This document shows positions 1-11,011 of a DNA stretch of 64,000 nt, in pieces (within the stretch, counting starts at the first letter, position 1; each line of letters begins with the position of its first letter). The DNA is from Nitrososphaerota archaeon. Its GTDB lineage: Archaea; Thermoproteota; Nitrososphaeria; Nitrososphaerales; Nitrosopumilaceae. A model generated the notes under the pieces. That model saw only the letters and a program-made list of their open reading frames with translations, searched no databases and was not told the DNA's origin. A program made the translations under genes and the position numbers. The stretch is from contig JAGWFT010000001.1 of assembly GCA_028867755.1 (NCBI GenBank), forward strand, positions 932,727-996,726. Reading direction: 5' to 3'.

Positions 1-1024
1 CTTTTCGTTTCCCGCCTGCTGGCACCACAATGTTTACCTTGAATCTTGCAGAGCGAGAAAATATTTCTTCGAGAATCTCTTTTTTGTCCGGCATCTCGCT
101 TGCTACAATGAACTTTGGAATTGGGTTTGACATATAGTATTGTGACAGAAAACTTGAAAACGAGTTGTCTCCCACCAAGTCAAATGAAAACTTGTTCCTG
201 TCTTTTATTACGCCACGAGTCTGCCTGAAGCTCATGACATGAGCAGTCTGGTCTTTTATCTTGATGCCAAAATATTCTTCATCTGATTCTCTTACTGTTT
301 CCATCTTTTGTCTTGTCTGAAGATTTTGAAGCCTCTGCAGGGTCTCGCGAATCTCTTTTGCCCTTTCATATTGGAGGCTTGATGAAGCTTCTTTCATCTC
401 CATTTCTAGTTTTGTAACAAAGTCTTCCAGTCTGCGTTTTCCTTTTAGTATGGATTCAAGTTCTGCTATGTGTTCTGGGTATTGTTTCCGTGCATCCTTG
501 AACTGGCATGGGGCTTCACAGTTGCCAAGGTGATATTCAAGACATGCCTCCTTTGGGAGTTTTTTGCATATTCTAATCTTGAATGTCTTTCTTAGGTGTC
601 CAATTGAGAGCATCTTTGAGCTACCATGTGTGAAAGGCCCGTACACGCGTCCGCCTCCAAGAAATTCTCCAGTTCGGGTCCTTCTTGCCACCATGAGACG
701 AGGAAACTCTTCGTTTGTAATCCTAAGGTAGGTATACCTTTGCTGGTCTTTTAGTTCGATGTTATAGGGTGGCCTGTAACGCTTGATCATGTTTGATTCA
801 AGCAAAAAGGCCTCCTCTTCATTGTCTGTTAGGACAAACTCGATATCGCGTATCTTTTCAACAAGTTTCTGTGTCTTGTAGTTCTGGTTCTTGACAAAAT
901 AAGACCTGACTCGATTCTTGAGGTTCTTTGCCTTTCCGATATACAGTATGTTGCTGTTGTCATCTTTCATGATGTAGATGCCAGAGTGTGGTGGAATGTT
1001 TACAGTTGATATGTCAAGTGTCAT
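1..1024 (-). CDS. uvrC: Excinuclease ABC subunit C (runs off the left window edge)
   Basis: Manual translation from ATG at 1024: [21 protein letters not shown]...LYIGKAKNLKNRVRSYF (GIY-YIG), EEAFLLESNMIKRYRPPYNIELKD, Cys cluster, UVR motif (YERAKEIRE); overlaps uvrA stop. Confidence 0.95.
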   Translation of the reverse strand, partial: MTLDISTVNIPPHSGIYIMKDDNSNILYIGKAKNLKNRVRSYFVKNQNYKTQKLVEKIRDIEFVLTDNEEEAFLLESNMIKRYRPPYNIELKDQQRYTYLRITNEEFPRLMVARRTRTGEFLGGGRVYGPFTHGSSKMLSIGHLRKTFKIRICKKLPKEACLEYHLGNCEAPCQFKDARKQYPEHIAELESILKGKRRLEDFVTKLEMEMKEASSSLQYERAKEIRETLQRLQNLQTRQKMETVRESDEEYFGIKIKDQTAHVMSFRQTRGVIKDRNKFSFDLVGDNSFSSFLSQYYMSNPIPKFIVASEMPDKKEILEEIFSRSARFKVNIVVPAGGKRK

Positions 1025-3833
1025 TTCTCAAGATTCGTTTTAGGTACTGCCCAGTGTAACTTCTTGGATTTTGGGAAACCTGCTCGGGAGTTCCAGTTGC
1101 AACAATTGTTCCGCCGCCATCTCCTCCCTCTGGGCCCAAGTCAATTATCCAGTCTGAGTTTTTGATAACATCCATGTTGTGCTCAATTATGATTACCGTG
1201 TTTCCCATCTTTACCAATCTGTTTAGCACCTCAAGTAGTTTCTGAACGTCTGCAAAGTGCAATCCGGTTGTTGGCTCGTCTAGTATGTAGACTGTTCTTC
1301 CAGTGTCACGCTTTGACAGCTCTGCTGAAAGCTTTACACGCTGGGCCTCGCCGCCAGACAATGTTGTAGCAGCCTGGCCTAGCTTGATGTATCCAAGACC
1401 CACATCAAAGACTGTTTGAAGTTTTCTCTGAATTGAAGGAATGTTTTTGAAAAACTCTAGTGCCTCTTCTACTGTCATTGCAAGTATGTCTGAAATGTTC
1501 TTGTCTTTGTAGTGCACTGCAAGTGTTTCAGAGTTGTATCTTTTTCCTTTGCATTCATCGCATACTACGTATACGTCTGATAGAAACTGCATCTCTATTT
1601 TTTTGACCCCGTCTCCTTCGCATGCAAAACACCTACCGTCTGCAACATTAAACGAAAACTGTCCTGGGGCGTATCCTCTCTCTTTTGACAGTTCGGTCTC
1701 TGCGTATAGGTCTCTGATTGGCGTAAATGCACCAATGTATGTGGCAGGATTTGAGCGCGGAGTTCGTCCTATTGGTGACTGGTCTATTCCTATGACTTTA
1801 TCAATCTCATCTAGCCCTGTTATTGTCTTGTGCCTTCCCGGCCTCTCAATTGAACCATAGATGTCTTTTGCAAGGGCCCTGTAGAGAACGTCGTTTACAA
1901 GCGTAGATTTTCCAGAGCCTGATACGCCTGTCACTGTAATCATCATGCCTAGAGGAAACTGGACATCGATACTTTTGAGATTGTTCTCTGCTGCACCTTT
2001 TACTGTTATCTCTCCTTTTTTTGTATGCACTCTTTTTTCAAATTTTATTGCATCATGGTTTTTGAGATACTGTCCAGTTACAGAGCCAGAACTTTTTAAA
2101 ATATCATATATCGTTCCTTCAAAGACCACTTCTCCTCCATGTACTCCGGCACCAGGTCCCAAGTCAATTATCCAGTCAGAGCTTCGCATTACTTCTTCAT
2201 CATGCTCTACGACAAGTATTGTGTTTCCAAGATCACGAAGCTTTGTTAGTGTCTTTATCAACTTTGCATTGTCTCTTTGGTGCAATCCAATTGTTGGCTC
2301 GTCAAGAACATAGAGCACTCCTGTAAGATTAGAGCCAATCTGTGTTGCAAGTCTTATTCTTTGTGCTTCTCCTCCAGACAAAGTAGAGCTTACGCGATTA
2401 AGTGTAAGATAGTTCAGGCCAACGTTTTTTAGAAATTCAAGTCTTGAGAGAACCTCTTTTAGAATGGATTTTGCAATATATTTTTCAGTCTCGCTTAGCT
2501 GGAGATTTTTGAAAAACTCGTAACAAGAGTCAACTGACAGGTCACAGACATCCATGATTGATAATGAATTAATTGACACTGCAAGTGATTCGTCTTTTAG
2601 TCTTCTTCCCTTGCATGTGTTGCATGGAGTCTCTCGCATGAACTTGCTTAGCTCCTCTCTTTTTGACTCGGAATCTGTCTCTGCAAAGTTTTTCTGAAGG
2701 CTTGGAATTACTCCATGAAAAGTATTGGTATACTCCCACCTTGAATCAGTTGACTGGGATTCATATGAAAACTTGACAGCTTCTTGGCTACCGTGCAAAA
2801 TGATTTGGAGCTGCTTTTGTGTCATCTTGTTAATTGGCGTCATTAGGTCAAAGCCGTATTTTTTTCCAACGTCTCGCAGAGTCTGCCTTCTAAATGAAGA
2901 AAACCTGCCTGACCATGGCACTATGGCCCCATCTAGGATGGATTTTGTCTTGTCAGGAATCAGCAGATCAGGCTCAAACTCCATCTTTACGCCTAGCCCA
3001 TGGCATGTCTTGCATGCCCCAAAAGGAGAGTTGAACGAAAAGCCTCTTGGCTCAAGCTCGCCTATTGAGATTCCACAAAAAGGACATGCATTGTTTTGAG
3101 AGTAGACTTTTTCCTCAGTGTCAACAATCATGACATCGCCCTTTCCTGCCTTGAGCGCAGTCTGGATTGATTCGTAGAGCCTACTTTTTTCCTCCCAGGA
3201 TGCCTTGAGCCTATCAACGACGATTTCTATATTGTGCCACTTTTGCTTGTCAAGTACTGGGAATTCTCCTGTGATCTCAAGTATCTCACCGTCTACTCGA
3301 ATTCTCGAGTATCCTTGTTTTTTTACTTCATCAAATAGTTTTTCATAAGTTCCTTTCTTTCTTCTAACAAGTGATGCAAGAATCAATATTTTTTTTCCTT
3401 CAGATTCTTTGAGAATTGACTCGCAGATTGATTCTATTGACTGGTTTGATATCTTGCGTGAGCATCTTGGGCAGTGCGGCGTTCCAATTCTTGCGTATAG
3501 CAGTCTGAGATAATCGTAAATCTCTGTTATTGTCCCAACAGTAGAACGAGGATTTTTGCTTGTAGTTTTTTGCTGGATTGATATTGCAGGAGAGAGTCCT
3601 TCGATTGAATCAACATCAGGCTTGTTCATCATCTCAAGAAACTGTCTTGCATAAGCTGACAGTGATTCAACATATCTTCTCTGCCCTTCTGCATAAATTG
3701 TATCAAATGCAAGCGTTGATTTTCCAGAGCCTGAAAGACCAGTGATTACTACAAGTTTATTTTTTGGAATATCGACATTGATATTTTTTAGGTTGTGCTC
3801 CCTTGCACCTCGGATGATTAGCTTGTCATTCAT
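1014..3833 (-). CDS. uvrA: Excinuclease ABC subunit A
   Basis: Two Walker A motifs ([16 protein letters not shown]), two [11 protein letters not shown] signatures, zinc fingers, typical N-terminus [12 protein letters not shown]. Confidence 0.98.
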   Translation of the reverse strand: MNDKLIIRGAREHNLKNINVDIPKNKLVVITGLSGSGKSTLAFDTIYAEGQRRYVESLSAYARQFLEMMNKPDVDSIEGLSPAISIQQKTTSKNPRSTVGTITEIYDYLRLLYARIGTPHCPRCSRKISNQSIESICESILKESEGKKILILASLVRRKKGTYEKLFDEVKKQGYSRIRVDGEILEITGEFPVLDKQKWHNIEIVVDRLKASWEEKSRLYESIQTALKAGKGDVMIVDTEEKVYSQNNACPFCGISIGELEPRGFSFNSPFGACKTCHGLGVKMEFEPDLLIPDKTKSILDGAIVPWSGRFSSFRRQTLRDVGKKYGFDLMTPINKMTQKQLQIILHGSQEAVKFSYESQSTDSRWEYTNTFHGVIPSLQKNFAETDSESKREELSKFMRETPCNTCKGRRLKDESLAVSINSLSIMDVCDLSVDSCYEFFKNLQLSETEKYIAKSILKEVLSRLEFLKNVGLNYLTLNRVSSTLSGGEAQRIRLATQIGSNLTGVLYVLDEPTIGLHQRDNAKLIKTLTKLRDLGNTILVVEHDEEVMRSSDWIIDLGPGAGVHGGEVVFEGTIYDILKSSGSVTGQYLKNHDAIKFEKRVHTKKGEITVKGAAENNLKSIDVQFPLGMMITVTGVSGSGKSTLVNDVLYRALAKDIYGSIERPGRHKTITGLDEIDKVIGIDQSPIGRTPRSNPATYIGAFTPIRDLYAETELSKERGYAPGQFSFNVADGRCFACEGDGVKKIEMQFLSDVYVVCDECKGKRYNSETLAVHYKDKNISDILAMTVEEALEFFKNIPSIQRKLQTVFDVGLGYIKLGQAATTLSGGEAQRVKLSAELSKRDTGRTVYILDEPTTGLHFADVQKLLEVLNRLVKMGNTVIIIEHNMDVIKNSDWIIDLGPEGGDGGGTIVATGTPEQVSQNPRSYTGQYLKRILRNDT

Positions 3834-5766
3834 TTCTAAGTTGTCTCTGTACCTTGGTTAATTTATCCCGGTATTCGATTGCATTCTCAAAGTCAAGGTC
3901 TTCCGCATATCGCTTCATGGTGGCTTCTATCTCAATTGCAAGTGTTTGCAGGTCATGTCTTGACATATGTTTTGTCTCATCTAGTGCTATTGTTTGCTGT
4001 GGTATTGCCTTTACAATAGTTGCAGGGGTAATTCCCATCTTTTTGTTGTATTCTACCTGTTTCTTTCTTCTTCTTTCTGTCTCTGCAATGGCAAGCCTCA
4101 TTGACTGGGTGACGTTATCTGCATACATTATCACAGAGCCGTCCACGTTTCTTGCTGCCCTTCCAAAGGTCTGAATCAAACTTGTGATATTTCTCAAAAA
4201 TCCTTCCTTGTCTGCATCAAGTATTGCAACAAGGGCAACTTCAGGTATGTCAAGGCCCTCCCTTAGGAGGTTTATGCCTACAAGTACATCAAACTCCCCT
4301 AGCCTCAGCTGTCTTATTATCTCGGTTCTCTGGAGATTTTCAATCTCCGAGTGAAGGTATCGCACCTTGACCTTGTTTTTAGACAAGTATTCTGCCAAGT
4401 CTTCTGCCATTCTTTTTGTTAGTGTAGTAACAAGTACGCGCTGATTTTTATCAACACGCTTTTTTATTTCTAAAATTAAATCGTCCATCTGCACATCTGT
4501 CTTTCTTATCTGAACTGTTGGGTCAACAAGGCCTGTTGGTCTTACCAGTTGCTCGACTATCTGGAAACTTTTTTTGCGTTCATACTCTCCAGGAGTTGCA
4601 GATACAAAGATTGTGTTTCTTACATACTTTTCAAATTCATCAAATCGTAGTGGCCTGTTATCAAAAGCGCTCACCAGCCTGAACCCATAATCTATGAGAG
4701 ATTTTTTGCGTGTATGGTCGCCATTATACATTCCATGCAACTGTGGCAAAGTTACATGCGACTCATCAATTACAAGTAAAAAATCATCTCCAAAAAAATC
4801 AAGAAGACAAAAAGGAGGTTCCCCTGCAAGCCTTCCATCAAAATGTCTTGAATAATTTTCAATTCCGGAACAATATCCAAGCTCTTCAATCATCTCTAAA
4901 TCATACTTTGTTCTCATCTCAAGTCGTTGTCTTTCAAGCTCGGGCAGCTCTTGCAGTCTTTGTTTTAGCTCATTTCTTATTGACTCGATTGCAGTTTTTC
5001 TAACGTCTGCTGCAACAAGATAGTGCTTTGCAGGATAAATCTTGATCTTGGACACTTGTTTTTTCTCTTTGAGAGATATGGGGTCGCAAATTGATATCTT
5101 TTCAACATCGTCGCCAAACATGGAGATTCTTACTACAGAGTCAGAATAAGCCGGAATGATGTCTATTGTATCGCCCTTTATTCTGAATCCGCCTGGTGCC
5201 AACTCCATATCATTTCTTTCATATCTTGCATTGACGAGTTTTTTTATCAAAGATCCTCGTCCAATCTCAGAGTCTTTTTCTATTGTAATTGACATGAGCT
5301 CCCATTCGCGTGGAGAACCAAGTGAGTATATGCAAGAAACTGTGGCAACTATGATGGTGGGCTCCCCTGAGAGCAACATTGCAGTTGCCTCAAGCCTCAT
5401 CTTTTCAATTTTCTCGTTTATCTGGGTGTCTTTTTCTATGTAGGTGTCAGTCTGTGGTATGTAGCTTTCAGGTTGATAGTAATCGTAATAGCTTACAAAA
5501 TATCCAACATTGTTTTTTGGGAAAAACTGTTTTAGTTCAGAGTAAAGCTGTGCAGCAAGCGTCTTGTTGTGTGAAATGACAAGTGTATTTTTCCCAGTCC
5601 TCTGAATGGCATTTGCAACAGTAAACGTCTTGCCGCTTCCTGTAACCCCAAGCAAAGTTTGGATCTTCTTTTTCCTAATGCCTTCTGCTAGTGCATCTAT
5701 TGCCTGGGGCTGATCCCCTGTAGGTACAAAGTCTGATGCTAACTCAAAGGTAGGATTTTCAAGCAA
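3826..5766 (-). CDS. uvrB: Excinuclease ABC subunit B
   Basis: [42 protein letters not shown]-terminal UVR motif. Confidence 0.98.
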   Translation of the reverse strand: MLENPTFELASDFVPTGDQPQAIDALAEGIRKKKIQTLLGVTGSGKTFTVANAIQRTGKNTLVISHNKTLAAQLYSELKQFFPKNNVGYFVSYYDYYQPESYIPQTDTYIEKDTQINEKIEKMRLEATAMLLSGEPTIIVATVSCIYSLGSPREWELMSITIEKDSEIGRGSLIKKLVNARYERNDMELAPGGFRIKGDTIDIIPAYSDSVVRISMFGDDVEKISICDPISLKEKKQVSKIKIYPAKHYLVAADVRKTAIESIRNELKQRLQELPELERQRLEMRTKYDLEMIEELGYCSGIENYSRHFDGRLAGEPPFCLLDFFGDDFLLVIDESHVTLPQLHGMYNGDHTRKKSLIDYGFRLVSAFDNRPLRFDEFEKYVRNTIFVSATPGEYERKKSFQIVEQLVRPTGLVDPTVQIRKTDVQMDDLILEIKKRVDKNQRVLVTTLTKRMAEDLAEYLSKNKVKVRYLHSEIENLQRTEIIRQLRLGEFDVLVGINLLREGLDIPEVALVAILDADKEGFLRNITSLIQTFGRAARNVDGSVIMYADNVTQSMRLAIAETERRRKKQVEYNKKMGITPATIVKAIPQQTIALDETKHMSRHDLQTLAIEIEATMKRYAEDLDFENAIEYRDKLTKVQRQLRNE

Positions 5767-5855
5767 GATTGCTATTTGTTGGTGCTTTCCTAACTAAAAC
5801 TTTGAGTTGTTATGGATGCTGACTAGATGTTTGCAGCATTTTTCAAATGATGTAC

Positions 5856-6503
5856 TTACCAGAGCGGATCTTCTGATATCTCGAGGTCTTTGCCTGTCTG
5901 TCTTATACCCATTGTCTTGACCGTATTTTTTGCAGTAGGTGAGTTTCTCTCAAGGATTAGTTTTGCTAGCGCAAGCCTTGTTTTTTTGTCCAAATGTTGG
6001 CCTATCTTGTACTTGCCACGCATTGTCTCTGGCACCACCTTGATTATGGCAACTTCATCTACTACGTGCATCTCAGGCGTTATCTTCTCATACTTGCCTT
6101 CTGGCTGGTATTTTTCCATAAGTGAGTTTAGGGCAAATACCTTCTCGTTTCTGTCTGACACTAGGCTTCCATGTCCCTTGATGACGACGCTGATGTAAAA
6201 CGTGTCTGCCTGCGATGCATCTGTCGGGCTGCTAAAGTATGACGGTAAAAATTCCAAGCTATGATCTACCTCAAAGCCCACCTTTGAATTTCTTGAGATG
6301 TTTTCAAGTTTCTCACCCTTGATGTGAGAATGCATGTAGATCGAGTCTCTTGCATAGACAAAATTCATTGGGATTATCTGGGGGTACCCATCCTTGTCTA
6401 TACTGCATACACGCCCGGTCTCCTGACTGTTTAGAAATTCGATTATCTTTTCCTTTGATTTTATCTCTAATCTTCCAAGTAATTGCATGTATCTTGTTCT
6501 CAT
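5856..6503 (-). CDS. Pyridoxamine 5'-phosphate oxidase-like (NimA-type) flavin-nucleotide-binding protein
   Basis: GRVCSIDKDGYPQIIPMNFVY..IYMHS..GEKLENISRNSKVGFEVD split-barrel pattern; ISVVIKG; RGKYKIGQ. Confidence 0.8.
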   Translation of the reverse strand: MRTRYMQLLGRLEIKSKEKIIEFLNSQETGRVCSIDKDGYPQIIPMNFVYARDSIYMHSHIKGEKLENISRNSKVGFEVDHSLEFLPSYFSSPTDASQADTFYISVVIKGHGSLVSDRNEKVFALNSLMEKYQPEGKYEKITPEMHVVDEVAIIKVVPETMRGKYKIGQHLDKKTRLALAKLILERNSPTAKNTVKTMGIRQTGKDLEISEDPLW

Positions 6504-6505
6504 AA

Positions 6506-6973
6506 TTGGTATTTTTGCGTATGTTTTTAATGGTTAAATTGGGGGACATACCATTACCGGGCATGCAATCAGACCAAGTGAAATCCAGTCTTAGGGCATT
6601 TGTGATGATTGGAGCATCAGTTGTAGGATTTTCAAGCTTTGTGTATCATTTGTTTGGAGATACGATTCCGTCGTTTTTCTCAGTATATCTCAAAGAAATT
6701 GGTGCTGCCCTGATAATGATGGCAGTCTTTGTGTTTGCAATTGCATGGCTACTCAAAGCAAAACCACACAAAAAACCGCAACGATACTTTATCAAAGTGT
6801 TTGATCTCTTCGGACAAGAGTTTAAGATTGAAAACGTGAGAACCGAGTTTAAGACACACGATGTGGCATGGAGCTTTATGAAACAATACAAAACATCTTA
6901 CCCGCTCTACAACTTTGCACTAGTATCAGACCTGCCAAATTCTGACAAGATGACGATTTTCAGATATCTGTAA
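6506..6973 (+). CDS. Hypothetical membrane protein (two N-terminal TM helices; start uncertain)
   Basis: Two hydrophobic segments then a soluble C-terminal domain; fills the gap between convergent genes. Confidence 0.6.
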   Translation: MVFLRMFLMVKLGDIPLPGMQSDQVKSSLRAFVMIGASVVGFSSFVYHLFGDTIPSFFSVYLKEIGAALIMMAVFVFAIAWLLKAKPHKKPQRYFIKVFDLFGQEFKIENVRTEFKTHDVAWSFMKQYKTSYPLYNFALVSDLPNSDKMTIFRYL

Positions 6974-6978
6974 AGAAA

Positions 6979-8064
6979 CTATTTTCTTGGATTGTTTTGG
7001 TCTTTAAAGTAAGGCAATACAGTAGAGCCAAACTTGTCTATAGAGCCAAAGTATCCAGAACCCCAGAATCTGACTATAAAGTGGTTGACTCCTGCCTTGA
7101 TGAATCTCTCAAAGACAGGTATGATATCATCTGGGGTGCCAATACCAATTGAAGAGCGTGCCACCTGGTCAGGAATTGTCTGTGCGGCCTCTCTCATCTT
7201 TACTATCCATTCCTGATTTGACATGGAATATTCTGTGAAATACTTTTTGAAGTCAAAGCCTGCAACATCTTTGATTCCGTGTACCTTGAGAACCTCTGGC
7301 TTGAACAAGCTTACCTTTACTGCATTTTTCATCTTTGCCCATGCTATTTCTGTGTCATCTGCAAAGTAAACATCGATATCTACGCCAAACTGGAAATTTG
7401 AGCTGTCTCTGCCGTTTTCTTTCATTGATTGCTTGATTGATTTTACGTGCTCTTCATATAATTCTGGAGTGTATCCTATTGGAATCCATCCATCGCCATA
7501 TTTTCCGCACAATGCAAGTGTCCTTGGTGCACCTGCTGCCATGTAAATTGGTGGATGTGGTTTTCTAATCGGTGCAGCTTGCAAGCATGCATTTTCAAGC
7601 TCATAGTATTCTCCCTTAAAGTTAACTCTGTGATCAGGTGATGACTCGAAAAGTAATTTGATTACCTGAAGCTGTTCTTCAAATCTGCCAACTGGTTTGT
7701 CCCATAATATTTTGAACTCTTTGATATTTTGTGCCTCCCCTGCACCTATTCCAAGTGTTCCTCTTCCATGTGATACTCTGTCAAGAGTAATTGAAGCAAG
7801 CGCAATATTTGATGGATGACGTCTTACTGCATCTGTTACACAAGTTCCAAGCTCAACCTTGTTTGTGATGGACGCTATGGCAGAGAGCATCACCCATGGG
7901 TCATTTACAATTGCATGATTCCACTGAGGAACATTGCTGTGGTCCATGTACCAAATCGAATCGTATCCGACCTTGTCAGCCAGGACACATGCCGTTAAGA
8001 TCTGGTCTTCTGTTAGTCCAAGACGAGCAACGTTTAACCCCTGTTGAATTCCAAACTTGATCAT
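6979..8064 (-). CDS. LLM-class (luciferase-like) flavin/F420-dependent oxidoreductase
   Basis: GYDSIWYMDH, DPWVMLSAIA, ELGTCVT, GRGTLGIGAGE, PPIYMAAGAPRTLALCGKYGDGW, GTPDD. Confidence 0.85.
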   Translation of the reverse strand: MIKFGIQQGLNVARLGLTEDQILTACVLADKVGYDSIWYMDHSNVPQWNHAIVNDPWVMLSAIASITNKVELGTCVTDAVRRHPSNIALASITLDRVSHGRGTLGIGAGEAQNIKEFKILWDKPVGRFEEQLQVIKLLFESSPDHRVNFKGEYYELENACLQAAPIRKPHPPIYMAAGAPRTLALCGKYGDGWIPIGYTPELYEEHVKSIKQSMKENGRDSSNFQFGVDIDVYFADDTEIAWAKMKNAVKVSLFKPEVLKVHGIKDVAGFDFKKYFTEYSMSNQEWIVKMREAAQTIPDQVARSSIGIGTPDDIIPVFERFIKAGVNHFIVRFWGSGYFGSIDKFGSTVLPYFKDQNNPRK

Positions 8065-8198
8065 TTTTTATTCGAAATCCTGTTGCACTTTGCTCAATTG
8101 AAAGCAGTATTTAAGTTTAGTAAGAAAGACAGTAATCGTCATCCCGTGTGATAAAGTGACAGAAAAATATACCAAAAGTATCAATTGCCAGAAAAATC

Positions 8199-9524
8199 CT
8201 ACAATTTAACCCTGTAATAGTCCCACCTTTCAGGATCAAATTGTCTTACAAACTCAATTTTCTCGTTGCGCTTCATCCTTTCCTGTACTACATCTCTTAG
8301 GGCAAAACTTGAGAGATACTTGTATCCCTTGGATTGGGCCTGCATCAAAAACAACAGGCGCATCTCACGCCCGCCTTTTAATCCCCAATATCCCATCTTC
8401 AGTGCAATTGGCTCTAAAAACACGGTATCATTTTTTCCAAAGTGTGGATCGTCAATACCCGGGCGAAGCTTGTAATTTTCAAGAGCACTTCCCTTCACAA
8501 ACCCAACTATTGGACCATTTTCGTTTCCAATCCTTAGTGTGTTAAGCAATATGTCGGGGTTTCGCACAGAGTCTGCAAAACCTGTTTGCAGAAACTGGAG
8601 AGGGTATGGTAATTCTTTGAAGATCTCAAAGAGTGCATTGACAAACTCATCTTCTCGTCTTGTCTTGATTGGATCAATTGTCGGTACGAGTTGCACCTTG
8701 TCATAAATTACAGATGCCTGATTTTGTATCTCGTTTTCTCTAAGCCTCATGAAACCAAGTACGTTATCCATGAACGACTTGCGCATAGCCCTTGGCAGTG
8801 CTTCTAGGATGTGATTACACATTTCAGATTCATTGTTTAACAAATCCTCAAAGTATGCAACAGAGCGAATTGCAATCAAGTTTGGATGCCATGCAAGCGA
8901 GTGGGCATTTTTCTTTGCCATCTCAAGTGCATATGAAAAGTTTCCCATGGCATATCCTCCTATCCTGTCTGATACAGAAAGAAACCATCCAAGTTTTTTA
9001 TAGTGCTCGACCTTGGATGGATTGTCATGTGTGCTGTCTGCCATGGAATAAAAATTATCAATCAGTAATTCGGCTTTTTCCTTTTTTTCTCCATTCCACG
9101 GATAAGTGGTCCTCAATATCATTGCTGCAACAATGTTAGAGTCAACACCAGCTTCTTTTAGTAATGATTCTAGTGTCTTGTCAGTCTTGACAAAATTAAC
9201 TGCATCAGGTTCGTGCGGCTTGTCGATTCTTTTCTGAGGATCATAATCATGAAACAAGGCTGACACAAAAAGATACTTGATGTCGTCTTTTGTAATGATA
9301 TTCTGCATGCTATGCCATTGTGCAGCTATGAGAGTGACATATGTGACTTCGAGCTCGTGAACAATATTGTGGTATCCGTAATAGTCAATGCCAAGACCTT
9401 TTTGATGAAACAGGTCTATTGTGTAATCAAGTATTTTGGAATAGCAAGATGAGTCAAATCCGTTCTGGTTGAGGTTTTCTAGTATCTTATCCCTGAGGCT
9501 GTTTGTACTGTAAATCTCTTGCAT
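8199..9524 (-). CDS. HD-domain (PDE-like) protein fused to a C-terminal GNAT-like domain
   Basis: YHNIVHELEV ... ALFHDY ... SVSDRIGG metal-binding motifs; C-terminal IVGFVKG...TVFLEPIALKMGYWGLKGGREMR...AQSKGYKYL resembles GNAT motif A. Confidence 0.7.
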   Translation of the reverse strand: MQEIYSTNSLRDKILENLNQNGFDSSCYSKILDYTIDLFHQKGLGIDYYGYHNIVHELEVTYVTLIAAQWHSMQNIITKDDIKYLFVSALFHDYDPQKRIDKPHEPDAVNFVKTDKTLESLLKEAGVDSNIVAAMILRTTYPWNGEKKEKAELLIDNFYSMADSTHDNPSKVEHYKKLGWFLSVSDRIGGYAMGNFSYALEMAKKNAHSLAWHPNLIAIRSVAYFEDLLNNESEMCNHILEALPRAMRKSFMDNVLGFMRLRENEIQNQASVIYDKVQLVPTIDPIKTRREDEFVNALFEIFKELPYPLQFLQTGFADSVRNPDILLNTLRIGNENGPIVGFVKGSALENYKLRPGIDDPHFGKNDTVFLEPIALKMGYWGLKGGREMRLLFLMQAQSKGYKYLSSFALRDVVQERMKRNEKIEFVRQFDPERWDYYRVKL

Positions 9525-9616
9525 TGGAACTTTTAGTTTTATGGATCTGGTTGCATAAAAGCTTAATCAGAAATGAAAAAGAGGATAAAATGAGGCAGAG
9601 AAAAGCTAGGAGCGAA

Positions 9617-10561
9617 TTACATTCTGCCGTCTACAATATCCTGTAAGAGATGCATAATGTCCTCTTTTGTTACAGGTATTGGATTTGGGTCAAGGTGACC
9701 TCTGTCTGTCATGACAACATCTGCAGCTTGGTCAATTGGAGCTTTGAGTGCAAGCTTGTCAAATCTTAGTTTCTCTATTACTTCTTTGAATTTGTCGTAG
9801 AATATTGATTTGTTGAACCTGTGTGCCACCGTAGTGCAAGATGAAAGTGAGTAACCATGTGGAACTCCCTCGTTTGAAAACACATACGACAATGCATGTC
9901 CAAGTGTAGTTGATGCGTTGCCAAAACCAATTCCAGACAACATGGAACCAAATGGATAATTTTCTGGCTTGTTGTTAATTATTGCATCATACAGTACATC
10001 AAAAGCAGACTTGCACATCATTTTTGTAAACTCGTTTCCTCTTTTGCTGTCATAGCCCTCTGTTGCTTGAGCACATGCATCGCAAACCGAGTTCTTGACT
10101 ATGGCTTCTGGTGTTCCATCCATAAAATAGGAATCTATTACTGCTACATCTGCAAGAAACCTTTCGTCCTGCAATAGTTTCTTTTTTCCTTCAAATTTAA
10201 GTACACAATACGTTGTCATCTCTGCACCTGTGCCAAATGTTGTTGGAATGAGTATCTTTGGTATCTTCATTTCCATACCTGAATATTTTGCTACATCAAG
10301 TGAGCTTCCTCCACCAAGGCCTATGATTGCAGAAATATTCTTTGGCTTGTATTCTGCAATGACTTTGTTTACTGTCTCAATGGAAGGCTCTGGCTCTACC
10401 TTGTCATAGAGCATGTAATCTGTGATCTTCATTCTGTCAATCCATTTCTTTGATACCTCAGGAGGCGCCGTTGTAACAACAAGGGCGTTTTTTGGATATT
10501 GTGTTTCTGATAACGCATTTTTACCATAGTTTATTGTCTTTGGGATTCTTACTGTATTCAT
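9617..10561 (-). CDS. Iron-containing alcohol dehydrogenase; likely malonic semialdehyde reductase of the 3-hydroxypropionate/4-hydroxybutyrate cycle
   Basis: IGLGGGSSLDVAK, IPTTFGTGAEMT, GHALSY, PHG Fe-ADH motifs; as I recall it, very close to N. maritimus Nmar_1110 (not verified by search). Confidence 0.8.
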   Translation of the reverse strand: MNTVRIPKTINYGKNALSETQYPKNALVVTTAPPEVSKKWIDRMKITDYMLYDKVEPEPSIETVNKVIAEYKPKNISAIIGLGGGSSLDVAKYSGMEMKIPKILIPTTFGTGAEMTTYCVLKFEGKKKLLQDERFLADVAVIDSYFMDGTPEAIVKNSVCDACAQATEGYDSKRGNEFTKMMCKSAFDVLYDAIINNKPENYPFGSMLSGIGFGNASTTLGHALSYVFSNEGVPHGYSLSSCTTVAHRFNKSIFYDKFKEVIEKLRFDKLALKAPIDQAADVVMTDRGHLDPNPIPVTKEDIMHLLQDIVDGRM

Positions 10562-10703
10562 AGCACAGTAAGATCTGCAATTATTATTATACTATTGCCT
10601 GTTCTGGTATTTTAAAAAACAAAACAAAATGTGGTTTTGTATCCCAGATAACGGGAATAAAGGCGTTGATTTTTATATCTAAAAACTAGAGGATAGTAAG
10701 AAA

Positions 10704-11009
10704 ATGAGTCCTAAGAACTCTGATGAAACAATTTCTAAAGTAGAATCCATGATTCGTGTGCTTTCTAAAGCAGTACCACACGGTGATGTTTTAGATCAAG
10801 ACGACATCAAGGCTCTAAATCAGGTGGATAAGGAAGACCAGCCCAAGTTGGCTGATAGGCTAGAAGACATGATAATGTTCCTAAAGGACGAGCCAGATAA
10901 TAAACGAAAGATACTTGAGATTCATGACACTGCAATGGACGAGTTTGGCCATGTCAAACCAGTCCGCGATGTACTAGAGTCAGTAAAAACATACTTTTTG
11001 AACAAATAA
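10704..11009 (+). CDS. Hypothetical helical protein
   Basis: Clean 101-aa ORF with AT-rich upstream region; convergent with next gene. Confidence 0.65.
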   Translation: MSPKNSDETISKVESMIRVLSKAVPHGDVLDQDDIKALNQVDKEDQPKLADRLEDMIMFLKDEPDNKRKILEIHDTAMDEFGHVKPVRDVLESVKTYFLNK

Positions 11010-11011
11010 AA

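Noticed and set aside
1014-5766. Bacterial-type uvrBAC as a novelty
   Set aside because: UvrABC is already known from several AOA lineages; intact and ordinary here
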